A stretch of 64,000 bases of DNA, taken from Octopus sinensis (lineage: Eukaryota). Each line of letters begins with the position of its first letter. Position 1 is the first letter of the stretch. The DNA lies in the NCBI RefSeq assembly GCF_006345805.1, contig NC_043007.1, forward strand, positions 34,596,001-34,660,000, given 5' to 3'. The notes beneath the pieces were generated by a model, which saw nothing but the letters and a program-made list of their open reading frames with translations, had not been told where the DNA came from and ran no database searches. The position numbers and the translations under genes are program-made. Shown here one piece after another: positions 23,648 to 37,539 of the stretch.

Positions 23648-23997
23648 CTGAACGAATATGAAAAAAAAAATGCCCGCACGCGAAAGGGGGGTGGGGGAGA
23701 GGCCTCGGAAAATTCACATATCCGAAAGCGATATAAATTTTCCGAGGCCTCTTCCCCACCCCTCTTTCGCGAGTGCGCATTTTTTTGTCATATTCGTTTA
23801 GAGCAAGTTATTTTACACATATTACACAATTTTTTTTTTGTTTTGGTGCCCGGGTCAGCCCCTCAGACGCTTTCGGAAATTTCCGATGTGAATTTTCCGA
23901 GGCCTCTCCCCCACCCTACCCCACCCCTTTCGCGCATTTTTTTTTTCATATTCGTTCAGCGTAAGTTGTTTTACACCTATTACACACTTTTTTTTTG
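23648..23997. repeat. Foldback inverted repeat with duplicated right arm
   Basis: 23648-23722 pairs with 23730-23801 and again with 23885-23959. Confidence 0.85.
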
Positions 23998-24367
23998 ATT
24001 CTTTGAATGGTGTAACGCTTTAGTTTAACCCAGTTTTTCCCTCTTTCGAAGTGACTAAATAAGAAAATGGTTTAGTAACTTACATTTAAGATTTGAAACT
24101 TGCAGAGTTAGAAAAAAAATCAGTTAAGTACTGAAGTGGACAGAATCAACACTACGGTTTTCTTATATAAGATAAAAAGGGTTTTTTTTTTTTTTTTAAA
24201 AAAAAAAGACATGAAGAAATGGTATACACCATACTTCCAAAAAGATTTAACGGTCATGAAGGGATTGTTCTTTATAAACCTACTCAATTACCGCAGATGT
24301 GAGGAAGGGGAAATAAAATTAAATTACAATTAGATATTTTAATGCAGTATCATCCACAATATAGACC

Positions 24368-24952
24368 AAGCGTGGTTGTGTGGTAGGAAGCTCGCTTCCC
24401 AACCACATGGTGCTGCGTTCAGTTCCACTGCGTGACATCTTACGCAAGTGTTTTGTGCTATAGCCTCGGGCTGACCAAAACCCTGTGAGTGGATTAGGCT
24501 TTAGGAAACCGAAAGAAGCCTTTCGTATGTGTGTGTATCTTTGTCGCCCCTCCTCTTGACAACAGGTGCTGGGATGTTCATGTCCCCACAACCGAGCGGT
24601 TCGACAAAGAGACCGATAGAATAAATACCCATTTCTTTACTGACAAGGGGCTACACATAGAAGGGACAAACGGATTAAGTCGATTACATCGACCCCAGTG
24701 CGTAACTGGTACTTGATTTATCGACCTCGAAAGGATGAAAGGCAAAGTCGACCACGGCGGAATTTAAACTCAGAACGTAGCGGCAGACGAAATATGGCTA
24801 CGCATTTCGCCCGGCGTGCGAACGTTTCTGCCAGCTCGCCGCCTTAATAGAATAAATACCAGGTTCAAACAAATACTGGATTCGATTCATTCGATAAAAT
24901 ATTCAAGACGGTTACCCCAGTATAGCTGCAGTCTGACAAACAAGTAAAAGAT
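24368..24952 (+). mobile_element. tRNA-derived SINE family 2 containing a minus-strand family 1 SINE (24632-24845)
   Basis: Homologous to 39078-39473. The inner SINE is flanked by 14-bp TSD atagaataaatacc (24616-24629, 24847-24860). Confidence 0.85.
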
Positions 24953-25445
24953 GAAAACCTTTTTTTTTTTGTTATAGCATCCTTAGGTGAAAGCAAAGCT
25001 GTGTTTTTAAGTTCGGTTCCGAGTCAGGTTATTCTAGATACCCCACCATTGCATTTCACCGACATTTCTATAAATTATATAAAGCAAAGTTTTTTGGGCT
25101 TTTTTGGCTACGAGCGAATAAATTATATTTCTCCAAATACTTCGGTTTTTTTTTTTTTTTTTAAACTTAGGAAGGGTACAGTTATGTAGTTTGAACTGAC
25201 AGTTTTCTACATTTCCAGTGTCGTTGCTTTGATATCCATTTATTTATATGAATATTTATTTACTTTTGGAGAAAGATTTCACCAAATATGCTGCTTACGT
25301 CTGCTTTTCGTTTTCTACTTAGAGGCAAAATTTTGACAGCGAATAAAAACGCAAAATGTATTTAATTCGTCTGGGGAACGAGAAATGTCAAAACTTGCAA
25401 AATATTGTAAATGCAACATTTCCATATATAAATGTGTGTGTGTGT

Positions 25446-25772
25446 GAAGGCGCATGGCTCAGTGGTTAGAGCGTCGAGCTTACAATCGTGAGCTCGAATC
25501 CCGGACCGGGCTGCGTGTTGTGTTCTTGAGCAAGACACTTTATTTCACGTTGCTCCAGTTCACTCAGCTGTAGAAATGAGTTACGACGTCACACGTGCCA
25601 AACTGTATCGGCCCCTTTGCCTTTCCCTTGGATAACACTGTTGGCGTGGAGAGAGGAGGCTGGTATGCATGGGCGATTGCTGGTCTTCCATAAACAACCT
25701 TGCCCGGACTTGTGCCTGGAGGGTAACTTTCTAGGTGCAATCCATGGTCAGTGTCGTGACCGAAGTGGGGTC
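25446..25772 (+). mobile_element. tRNA-derived SINE family 3
   Basis: A box tggctcagtggttagagc, B-box remnant tcgaatccc, central gttcttgagcaagacactt. Second copy at 60385-60720. Confidence 0.8.
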
Positions 25773-25796
25773 TTAGAATATATATATATATATATA

Positions 25797-26013
25797 TTTC
25801 TTTATTGCCCACAAGGGGCTAAACAGAAGGGGACAAACAAGGACAGACAAAGGGATTAAGTCGATTACATCGACACCAATGCGTAGCTGGTACTTTATCG
25901 ACCCCGAAAGGATGAAAGGCAAAAATCGACCTCGGCGGAATTTGAACTCAGAACGTAATGACAGACGAAATACTGCTAAGCATTTCGCCCGGTGCGCTAA
26001 CGTGTCTGCCAGC
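25797..26013 (-). mobile_element. tRNA-derived SINE family 1 (Tx1-like tail)
   Basis: Same sequence as copies at 30683, 32938, 33488, 36961, 48305 and 55400. B box gagttcaaattcc. Confidence 0.88.
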
Positions 26014-26640
26014 TAGGTATGACCAAGGGTGTGTAGTTAAGAAGTTTAAGTAGCATCAATGTGATAGTGGGCTCGATTCTATTGCTTGATACACTGAACA
26101 TGGGTCTTCTACTCTAAATAGAATTTGGCAATAGAAAACTGCAACAAAGCCCGTTATTTGTGAGTATGTATGTATGTTGGAGGTGGGGTCCCGTATTTAT
26201 TAAAACTGGTGTTATGTTGAGCCAATTTATGCACTGTAACTTAATGTTTCGACTGTAATAAGTACTTTGATTGATAAGCCCTAAATGCTGCAAAAGGTCA
26301 GGGTCTAAAATGGCTGCAGTACAATGATTAAAACCAGCCAAAATAAAATTTAACTGAAACGGGTAAAAGTATCGGGTTTATTTTCATATAAAATACCAGA
26401 GAAATAATAGGTCTGAAATTGCATAATTTTCAGAAAAAGAACAATTTAGAGTAATTTTACTTTACTGAACATAAAAATAAAATATAAAAGTTATGTCAAT
26501 TAACTTTATGTAATTAAGCGAGAATTCTTGATTGAGCTATGTCTAAGGCAATTCAGTTTGAAAAAGACTAACTTGAATCAAAATTCTCTAAAAATAAAAA
26601 AAAATGATGATCCATTAAAAACAAATTAGGTGTGTGTGTG

Positions 26641-27561
26641 TTAAGAGTCGACAACAGTGTTTCTTGGTAGCAAAACTGATAGGAACCTGTAAGGAAAAGA
26701 TATAACAATTTGTATGACACTCATAATTAAGCGACAAATCCATAATCCCCTTAAAATCCAACAGGTCGGTTGAAATATTCTTATAGCATCAATAAGCTGC
26801 ACGGTATTAAATAACAAGACAAAATAAATGTTGAGCAAGAAAGGTACATACAATGTGATGATGCTGAAAACCCAGTTAACAAATGTCAGAATGAATATAG
26901 TTCCTGGTGCAAACAATGTCGTTGTCATCGAACAATTTCGACCAAATTGCTCTGGTGGCATTATATCGTCGAAGGTGAAGGCCACCGATAGGAGAGTCAC
27001 AATAAAATAAGCTCTCTCCCTTGAAGTTGAATGGGAAAATAACGCGTTGATCGCTTCACTCGGTAACGCTCGTAAGCGTTCGCGTTCATCAGTATTCAGG
27101 TTAGGACTATCACTAATTAAACAGTCTGCCATTGCGTTGGTTATTAAGGATGATCCAGCTTTATTTTTAACCGTTGGTTCCATACAAATTTCAATTTGGT
27201 CTGCTTGTGTTTCATCCATTAAATCATCTTCATTCTTTTTTGAAGATATCAGTGAACGGACGAAAGTAATGGGAGATAGTAACAATGATGTCCGTTCGAG
27301 TTTTTTCGATGGCTTTCTCACAACATTTTCAAAATTTTCTTCTGTTTCTTGTTTGGTGTTACTTTTTCCAATACGTTTCTGCTTCATTTTGAATAAAAAT
27401 AAGTGTTCATTGAAAATTTCATGTAATTTATAAGTTATAGATTTCACAAAACCTCGGAAATTTGGTAAGACACTATGGAAACTTTCTTTTATTCCATTCA
27501 GCTGAACCTGACACTTCTCCAGTGTGTTGTCATTATGTCTTTCTATTTCGAAGTGAACCAT
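26641..27561 (-). CDS. 306-aa orphan ORF with hydrophobic C-terminal third (possible membrane protein)
   Basis: Uninterrupted 921-nt ORF in AT-rich, non-repetitive DNA. Strong acceptor ttttctaacag ends at 27601. No family recognised. Confidence 0.55.
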   Translation of the reverse strand: MVHFEIERHNDNTLEKCQVQLNGIKESFHSVLPNFRGFVKSITYKLHEIFNEHLFLFKMKQKRIGKSNTKQETEENFENVVRKPSKKLERTSLLLSPITFVRSLISSKKNEDDLMDETQADQIEICMEPTVKNKAGSSLITNAMADCLISDSPNLNTDERERLRALPSEAINALFSHSTSRERAYFIVTLLSVAFTFDDIMPPEQFGRNCSMTTTLFAPGTIFILTFVNWVFSIITLYVPFLLNIYFVLLFNTVQLIDAIRIFQPTCWILRGLWICRLIMSVIQIVISFPYRFLSVLLPRNTVVDS

Positions 27562-27961
27562 TTATTATATTCTTTCAAAATATTCAACCAAAGCTGTCAC
27601 CTGTTAGAAAATCCAACAAAAAATGAAATTACCAGTTTATTTCACCAATTTACTATTGATATACAAAAAAAAAAAAAAAAAAAAAAAGCAATGGAACATT
27701 ACATTATCAACTGAAGGGGTACAAATACTCTTGAATTAGTATTACCTTTTTAAAGAGGGTCGCCGAAAATGCGCTGGAGCGAACGGAACTCGCGATCCAG
27801 ATACCAGTACTGATTGCAACTGTTTAATTTCATGCCATATATCTGTTAAAATGATCGTTACAAGTACTGATATTTGCTTCTATACAAAGACGATCGGACA
27901 AATAATTTTTAACAGACACTAACTGCTTTCAAAACAAATCGAGCATTTAATAAGAGCAATA

Positions 27962-28377
27962 TGATCTTTTCTGTTTGAACGGCAGTTTTTAACATAAATT
28001 CTAGGTAACTAAAAAATTTTAAACTTCGTTTACTGGTAGAATGTGTTTATAAAACATCTTTTTTCTCTTGGTTTTATTGAGAAAATGCTATAGTTGTAAG
28101 ATATTTGTTGTGTTTTTCCTTCAATTTCTGCAATTTCAATTAATCACTGACGTCCATTGAGGTAAAAAACATTCTGTGCCGTATGAATATGTCCCTCGTT
28201 TAAGAAACAGATTGGGTTTATTTACATTTGTGAAGAAAAAAAGATACCCTTCCCCCACCCCTAACCCTAACCCTAAAAGAGATTGAAATGCAATAGATCG
28301 ATATTAGGGTCATAATTATGGGTGACAATTTCATATGACACCGCTAGGAAAAACTGCCGTTCAAAGCGAAAAGATCC
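27962..28377. mobile_element. Merlin-type MITE copy 1
   Basis: ~29-bp TIR (g)gatcttttcggtttgaacggcagttttt, 8-bp TSD gagcaata. Confidence 0.85.
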
Positions 28378-28385
28378 GAGCAATA

Positions 28386-28834
28386 TTGACCCATCAGGGT
28401 GGAATTCAAAGAATTGCCACCAGTAGTGGATTTAGTAGAAATCGAACCACTAATGAAATATTACTAAAAAGTAAATAAGTATGTCAAATCGACAGGGAAA
28501 AAGAAAAGAAAAAAGAAAAAGGAATAAGAAAGAGTAAGCGTTTTGTTATGTTTAATAATATCGGAAAATAGAAGAACAGTTTTAAAGAACATATAACGGT
28601 TCAAATAATTGTAATGGTAGACGATAATTAAGTGTTAGTTAAATACATGATAAAAACGGACAGTTTAAAAAGATTAATGGTAATGCGTGTGATGAGGGGC
28701 GCATGCAGTCATTCATAACCCCATTGTTGTATAATCATCTCATCATATTCGTTCTATGTATTGTCCCCCCTGTGGTGTCCTGTCTGTCCCTGTTTGTCCC
28801 CCTCTATGTTGGGCCCTTGTGGCTAATAAAGAAA
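28386..28834 (+). mobile_element. 5'-truncated Tx1-type LINE (3' UTR and tail only)
   Basis: Ends tgtttgtccccctctatgttgggcccttgtggctaataaagaaa. Confidence 0.7.
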
Positions 28835-28950
28835 CCGATCGTTACAAGTATTGATATTCGCTTCTATACAAAGACGATCGGACAAATAATTTTTAACAGA
28901 CACTTACTGATTTCAAAACAAATTGAGCATTTAATAAGACAAACACACAT

Positions 28951-29710
28951 TCACAATTATACAATTATATATATTTCTTTACTACCCACAAGGGGCTAAA
29001 CATAGAGGGGACAAACAAGGACAGACAAACGGATTAAGTCGATTACATCGACCCCAGTGCGAAACAGGTACTTTATTTATCGACACCGAAAGGATGAAAG
29101 GCAAAGTCAACCTCGGCGGAATTTGAACCCAGAACTCACAATTATACAATTATATATATTTCTTTACTACCCACAAGGGGCTAAACATAGAGGGGACAAA
29201 CAAGGACAGACAAACGGATTAAGTCGATTACATCGACCCCAGTGCGAAACTGGTACTTTATTTATCGACACCGAAAGGATGAAAGGCAAAGTCGACCTCG
29301 GCGGAATTTGAACTCAGAACTCACAATTATACAATTATATATATTTCTTTACTACCCACAAGGGGCTAAACATAGAGGGGACAAACAAGGACAGACAAAG
29401 GGATTAAGGCGATTACATCGACCCCAGTGCGAAACTGGTACTTTATTTATCGACACCGAAAGGATGAAAGGCAAAGTCAACCTCGGCGGAATTTGAACTC
29501 AGAACTCACAATTATACAATTATATATATTTCTTTACTACCCACAAGGGGCTAAACATAGAGGGGACAAACAAGGACAGACAAAGGGATTAAGTCGATTA
29601 CATCGACCCCAGTGCGAAACTGGTACTTTATTTATCGACACCGAAAGGATGAAAGGCAAAGTCGACCTCGGCGGAATTTGAACTCAGAACTCACAATTAT
29701 ACAATTATAT
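28951..29710 (-). repeat. Four tandem 185-bp units of 5'-truncated SINE family 1 plus 20-bp flank
   Basis: Units start at 28951, 29136, 29321 and 29506. tcacaattatacaattatat occurs a fifth time at 29691. Confidence 0.92.
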
Positions 29711-30029
29711 AGTATATGAATATGTGACGGAGATGTGCGTGCATTGCAAATGTTTTAATCTGAGATCGTGTTGAAACTAAAGTGATTGCAGCGTCGAAGA
29801 CTCTAAGTCAGTCATTTAGAAGCACATAAAGACCCTTGACTTGACCTAAACATTTATTTTTAATATGGTGTCGATATTTTCGTCGCTCGAAACTGCGATC
29901 TGTTCAATAAAAAATCAAAATTGTGTGACATAATTTTTTGTCAACATGATGCTCCAGTTTCTATTACATTGTGTGGTATCTTAGGTAACTGTCATTTTCT
30001 ATTACAATGTGTGGTATCTTAGGTAACTG

Positions 30030-30447
30030 GGATCTTTTCGGTTTGAACGGCAGTTTTTTCTAGCGGTGTCATGCGAAATTGTCACCCATAAATAATTATG
30101 ACCCTAGTATCGATCTATTGCATTTCAATCTGTTTTAGGGTTAGGGTTAGTTGTGGGGGGAAAGGGTATCTTTTTTTCTTCACAAATCTAAATAAACCCA
30201 ATCTGTTTCTTAAACGAGGGACATATTCATACGGCACAGAATGTTTTTTTACCTCAATGGACGTCATTGATTGGTTGAAATTGCAGAAAAAAAAAACAAA
30301 ACAAATATCTTACAAACTATAGAATTTTCTCAATAAAGCCAAGAGAAAAGGATGTTTTATAAACACATTCTACCAGTATACGAAGTTTAAAATTTTTTAG
30401 TTACCTAGAAATTATGTTAAAAACTGCCGTTCAAACCGAAAAGATCC
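30030..30447. mobile_element. Merlin-type MITE copy 2 (opposite orientation)
   Basis: Same TIRs. Lies between units of a ~38-bp tandem repeat; no 8-bp TSD seen. Confidence 0.85.
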
Positions 30448-30682
30448 CAGTTTCTATTACATTGTGTGGTATCTTAAGTAATTGGTCGACGCATACATTG
30501 TGTGTGAAACTGAGTGGATGGAGATGGCGTGGAAGCGTGTCGGATGGGTTGTACTCGTAATTCCAAGGTTCGACTTTTTGTCACACACCACGTCTTATTT
30601 ATTCCGCCTGAAAAATGCATTGCAGTTGAAAGTGACTGTAGCTTTCTCAGCCATGTCTGTTCAATGAACCAGGTATTTCTTA

Positions 30683-30913
30683 TTTCTTTACTACCCACAA
30701 GGGGCTAAACACAGAGGGGACAAACAAGGACAGACAAACGGATTAAGTCGATTACATCGACCCCAGTGCGTAACTGGTACTTAATTTATCGACCTCGAAA
30801 GGATGAAAGGCAAAGTCGACCTCGGCGGAATTTGAACTCAGAACGTAGCGGCAGACGAATTACCGTTAAGGATTTCGCCCGGCGTGCTAACGTTTCTGCC
30901 AGCTCGCCGCCTT
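30683..30913 (-). mobile_element. Full-length SINE family 1 with TSD
   Basis: Head ggcggcgagctggcagaaacgttagc. TSD gaaccaggtatttct at 30666 and 30916. Confidence 0.9.
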
Positions 30914-31009
30914 CAGAACCAGGTATTTCTATTAATAGAAGAGCTCAACAAATGTCTGCGCTACATCTCCCAAGAACTGGCAGCCAGACAAAATTTCAAA
31001 CAGAAATCT

Positions 31010-31284
31010 GGTACTACTTAAGAAGAGTGGTCCCGGTGCGCGCACTCACGTACTCGCGCATCCGCGCTAGCTAGTCGTGACTAGTCGATCCTTACTTTGT
31101 GTTTTTGTGTTTTATTTACTTTGTTTTAAAAAAATTATTTACTTTGTGTAAAAAAAATTATTTATTTTGTGTTTTATTTACTTTGCTAGGTAGTCGTTAT
31201 AGGATCGACTAGTCACGACTAGCTAGCGCGGATGCGCGAGTATCGCGAGTGCGCGCACTGGGACCAGTCTTCTTAAGTAGTACC
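31010..31284. mobile_element. MITE with ~85-bp TIRs and GG..CC termini
   Basis: ggtactacttaagaagagtggtccc..ctagtcgatcct mirrored at 31201-31284, with a T-rich repetitive spacer. Confidence 0.85.
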
Positions 31285-31406
31285 TCAAATGTGCATGTGT
31301 GTGTGTTATTGAAGCCGATAATGGGCTTCGTTGCAGCTCATCAGTTTTCGCAATATACAAATATTCAAACACAATGCTTGAATCGCAAATATTTAGAAAA
31401 AGTCTG

Positions 31407-31822
31407 GGATCTTTTCGGTTTGAACGGTAGTTTTTTAAAATAATTTCCATGTAACTAAACACCTTTAAACTTCGTCTACTGGTAGAATGTGTTTATAAAA
31501 CATCTTTTTCTCTTAGCTTTATTGAGAAAATTCTATAGTTTGTAAGATATTTGTTGTTTTTTTTCTTCAATTTCTGCATTTTCAACCAATCAATGACGTC
31601 TATTTGAGGTGAAAACATTCTGTGCCGTATGAATATGTCCCTCGTTTAAGAAACAGATTGGGTTTATTTACATTTCTGAAGAAAAAAGATACTCTTCCCC
31701 CCACCCTAACCCTAACCCTAAAACAGATTGAAATGCAATAGTCGATACTAGGGTCAGAATTAAGGGTGACAATTTCATATGACACCGCTAGAAAAAAACT
31801 GCCGTTCAAACCGAAAAGATCC
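31407..31822. mobile_element. Merlin-type MITE copy 3
   Basis: TIRs as above. Perfect 8-bp TSD aaagtctg (31399-31406, 31823-31830). Confidence 0.9.
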
Positions 31823-31956
31823 AAAGTCTGAAAATGGATCGAAGTGAATCTTTAGCTACGAACGAATATACTCTACTTCATGTATTGAATACTCATTTGA
31901 TATCTATATATTCAGTTCAAACATGTATTTATATTTATATAAGAGATATGTCTTTC

Positions 31957-32089
31957 TGACTCGAATTCTATAGCATACTGCTCGATGAATTCCGTGAGCA
32001 GTCGTAGTCTCGTCAGCTGTCAGCTGCGTGCAAGTTCTCTTGATGTATCGAAGTGGAAAGAGAAAGCTAATGGGTTCTTTTTGTGTGCG

Positions 32090-32133
<44 letters not shown>

Positions 32134-32461
32134 GGTGTGTGTGCGTGCAGGTAAGAACAAATATGCAAGGCTTTTTTTCTTCAAATTTAAAATGCGACGT
32201 TGTTGGCGTAATTTCGTTATATCTACATTCCACAACACATAAATACAGAACAAGCACACACACAGGAACAAGCATGCACACACACATGACTAAGTATGCA
32301 CACACACATGACCAAGTACGCAATACACACAAGAACAGACGTGCAACACATGAACTTTCTCTTTCCACTTCGATACGTCAACAGAACTAGCACGCAGCTG
32401 AGTTGACAAGACCACGTGCTCACGGGAATTACCAAGTAGTAAGTTTATAGAATTCGAGTCA
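31957..32461. mobile_element. Old foldback/MITE with ~115-bp imperfect inverted arms
   Basis: tgactcgaattctata..tcgaagtggaaagagaaag versus ctttctctttccacttcga..tatagaattcgagtca. Confidence 0.75.
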
Positions 32462-32724
32462 AAACGAAAGAATACCTTTGTGTATATGGTGCAAGTATGA
32501 CTGTATTGTTAAGAAGCTCGCTTTACAACCGACCGCGTGGTTTTGTGTTTAGATCCATTGCGTAACACCTGCGTGTCTTCTGTAATAGTCCCAGACCGAC
32601 TTCAGGTTTGCGAGTGAATTTATAAGAAGGATTCTGATGAAACTACAGGAGTAGTTGAAAGCGCTAATATGAAGTACTAATATGATATGTAAATAAATAT
32701 ATATTTATATATATATATTAAGAG

Positions 32725-33149
32725 TATCTTAAGTAATTGGTCGACGCATACATTGTGTGTGAAACTGAGTGGATGGAGATGGCGTGGAAGCGTGTCGGAT
32801 GGGTTGTACTCGTAATTCCAAGGTTCGACTTTTTGTCACACACCACGTCTTATTTATTCCGCCTGAAAAATGCATTGCAGTTGAAAGTGACTGTAGCTTT
32901 CTCAGCCATGTCTGTTCAATGAACCAGGTATTTCTTATTTCTTTACTACCCACAAGGTGCTAAACACAGAGAGGACAAACAAGGACAGACAAACGGATTA
33001 AGTCGATTACATCGACCCCAGTGCGTAACCGGTACTTAATTTATCGACCCCGAAAGGATGAAAGGCAAAGTTGACCTCGGAACGTAACGACAGACGAAAT
33101 ACGGCTACGCATTTTGCTCGGCGTGCTAACGATTCTGCCAGCTCGCCGC
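32725..33149. repeat. Local duplication of 30469-30910 (unique DNA plus SINE)
   Basis: About 215 bp of unique sequence identical by eye; the ORF track gives identical peptides. Confidence 0.9.
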
Positions 33150-33304
33150 ATATATATATATATATATATACACATATATATATACACTTAGTTCGTGTGT
33201 GAGAGAGAGAGAGACAGAGAGAGAGAGAGAAGGTGGAGACAGTAAGGTAGGTAGGTATGTAAGGAAGTAGGTAGGAACGTAGGTATGTAGGTAGATTGAT
33301 GGTT

Positions 33305-35170
<1,866 letters not shown>

Positions 35171-36146
35171 TATACATTTTTATTTATACTTTGATATTCA
35201 AAAGAAAATAACAATAGATAATAAGCAGCATTGCTTTTTTTAAAATTAATAAAAGTTAATTAATTACACTGGACAATCGTAAACAATTGCCATTGTTTAG
35301 ATACAATCTCACCTCACCGTAGACAGAAGTGAGATTCGGCTGAACTTGTTTCAGTCATCGTTGTATTTTCGTCAGCGACCGACTACTCTTGTTTCTCTCT
35401 GTCCACAATAATATATTATTATATGAAGTCCACTTCATTTCATGACTATATAATATCGGGTATTGCGTCAGTAATTCAAAAGAATGCGTCATTTATGCAA
35501 ATCGATGTATTCGATTTGGTAAAGTGGATAATAATAATGTTTATAAATAAAATGTTGTTCTAGACAAAAACAGAGGGAAAGTTAGTTGCCGGTGAAATGG
35601 CAACGATGTGTGAAAAAGTTCGGTCTAACCTTTTTCTTTTCACGGTCAGACAGTATTTGAATAATGAGTCATGTTTGTGAATAAAGACTCTAATTCCTGA
35701 TAGAAGCAGCATCAGTTTAAAATATCCAGTATTACTGTTCAGTATGTCAAAATTTCAGAAATAGACACGGCTAACACGTCGCAATTACTTCCACACACGC
35801 CAGCTAAATTTAATTCGATCTTAGTCGAAAGACACCTGTTGTTATGTCTTGTTATTTGTGTGACATTTCTGGGGGGTTTTTCCGTCCTTGTTTTCGTATA
35901 TATTCGCTGCTTTCTTCCAAGGAATGTAATGCTCTTAGCTTATTTTCCCTTGGGGCTGGCCAGATTGGAGCAATCTCGAGTATAACCAGCCGAAATTGCA
36001 AAGATAATCTGAAAAACTCGACTGAGGATAGAAAACTCTGAATGATCCGTCTTTGTTTTCCTTGTATCGTCTGTCTGGATTTTTTGTTTTCCCTTTTTTT
36101 GTTTCATCCAACTGTCTGGATGTTTTGCGTTCTTGTCCCATTTTTG

Positions 36147-36191
<45 letters not shown>

Positions 36192-36866
36192 TACATACAT
36201 ACATACATACATACATACATACATACATACATACATACATACATACAAATACACACACACAAACACACAAACAAACATAGGCATACGTACCCATAAGTAC
36301 GAACGGTTAATAATGTCGAACGAAGGAAAGTTGTACGAGGAATGAACGTTGTACTGTATGTAATATCAATAAATGTTTATATCTCGATTCGAGCTTCTCG
36401 CTTGAAGATCGCCGTGGCGTAAAACTCGAGTTACAAGATAAACATTAATTTCAATAAATTATGTGTATGTGTGAGAGTGTGTGTGTGTGTGAATATGTAT
36501 ATAAATATGTAGTGTACTAGTTCAAGATAATAAATAAAGCCTCATACATAATAAAAGAACTGAACGCTGCTATTTGTTTTATTTGTTTTAAAATAAACAG
36601 AACATTACATATTCAATATGTATCTCTGAAATGGAACTTAGTCAAGTATGAAGGACTTGGTCATATAACGATATGGTCAACGAACTCCTCCGTTTGGCAA
36701 GAAATAGATTGTAGGTTATATCTGTAGCCTGACATTTTTAGATCTTCAGAAAATAATTTTATAAATACATACATAAAAACATGCATACATACATATGTAC
36801 ACACACATACATATTAAAATATACATATGGAGACACACACGCGCACATGTATATATACTTGTATAC

Positions 36867-36961
<95 letters not shown>

Positions 36962-37184
36962 TTCTTTACTACCCACAGGGGGCTAAACACAGAGGGGACA
37001 AACAAGGACAGACAAACGGATTAAGTCGATTACATCGACTCCAGTGCGTAACTAGTACTAAATTTATCGACCCCGAAAGGATGAAAGGCAAAGTCGACCT
37101 CATACATATATATAATAATTTTTTGCGTAATGAGATAAAAAAAAACCAAAGCTGTGTAGATATTAGAACATTTATAGATAGAAG

Positions 37185-37236
37185 GTCTTACAGCTGTTTC
37201 CAGGATATTTATTAATTATATCCCTTCATCGGAGAC
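37185..37236 (-). ncRNA. Degenerate minimal type I hammerhead ribozyme (Penelope-type)
   Basis: gtct-cCgatga-agggatat..atatcctg-gaaa-cagctg-ta-agac. Palindromic stem III; core U4 changed to C. Confidence 0.55.
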
Positions 37237-37404
37237 GGTGTGAGATGATGGTTAAGTAATAGTTAATTTAGATAGGATACAAAATAGAGAGTGAGGTGGA
37301 GGAAAGAAAATAGATGTGAGATATGTAGGGATATCGAAGTTGTAGATCCATTTTTAGGTAGAATGGTTTATAGGTAAGATTCCAATACCCTTATGAGTAA
37401 GATC

Positions 37405-37492
<88 letters not shown>

Positions 37493-37539
37493 TTGCATAC
37501 ATATACGCACACATGCATATATATATATCTATCTATCTA

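Noticed and set aside
28951-29710. CRISPR-like array
   Set aside because: Units are wholly repeated SINE copies with no unique spacers, in a eukaryotic context.
35950-36045. Hammerhead in the repeat shared with 45300-45390
   Set aside because: gaaattgc/gcaatc pairing is suggestive but no correctly placed CUGANGA core is present.
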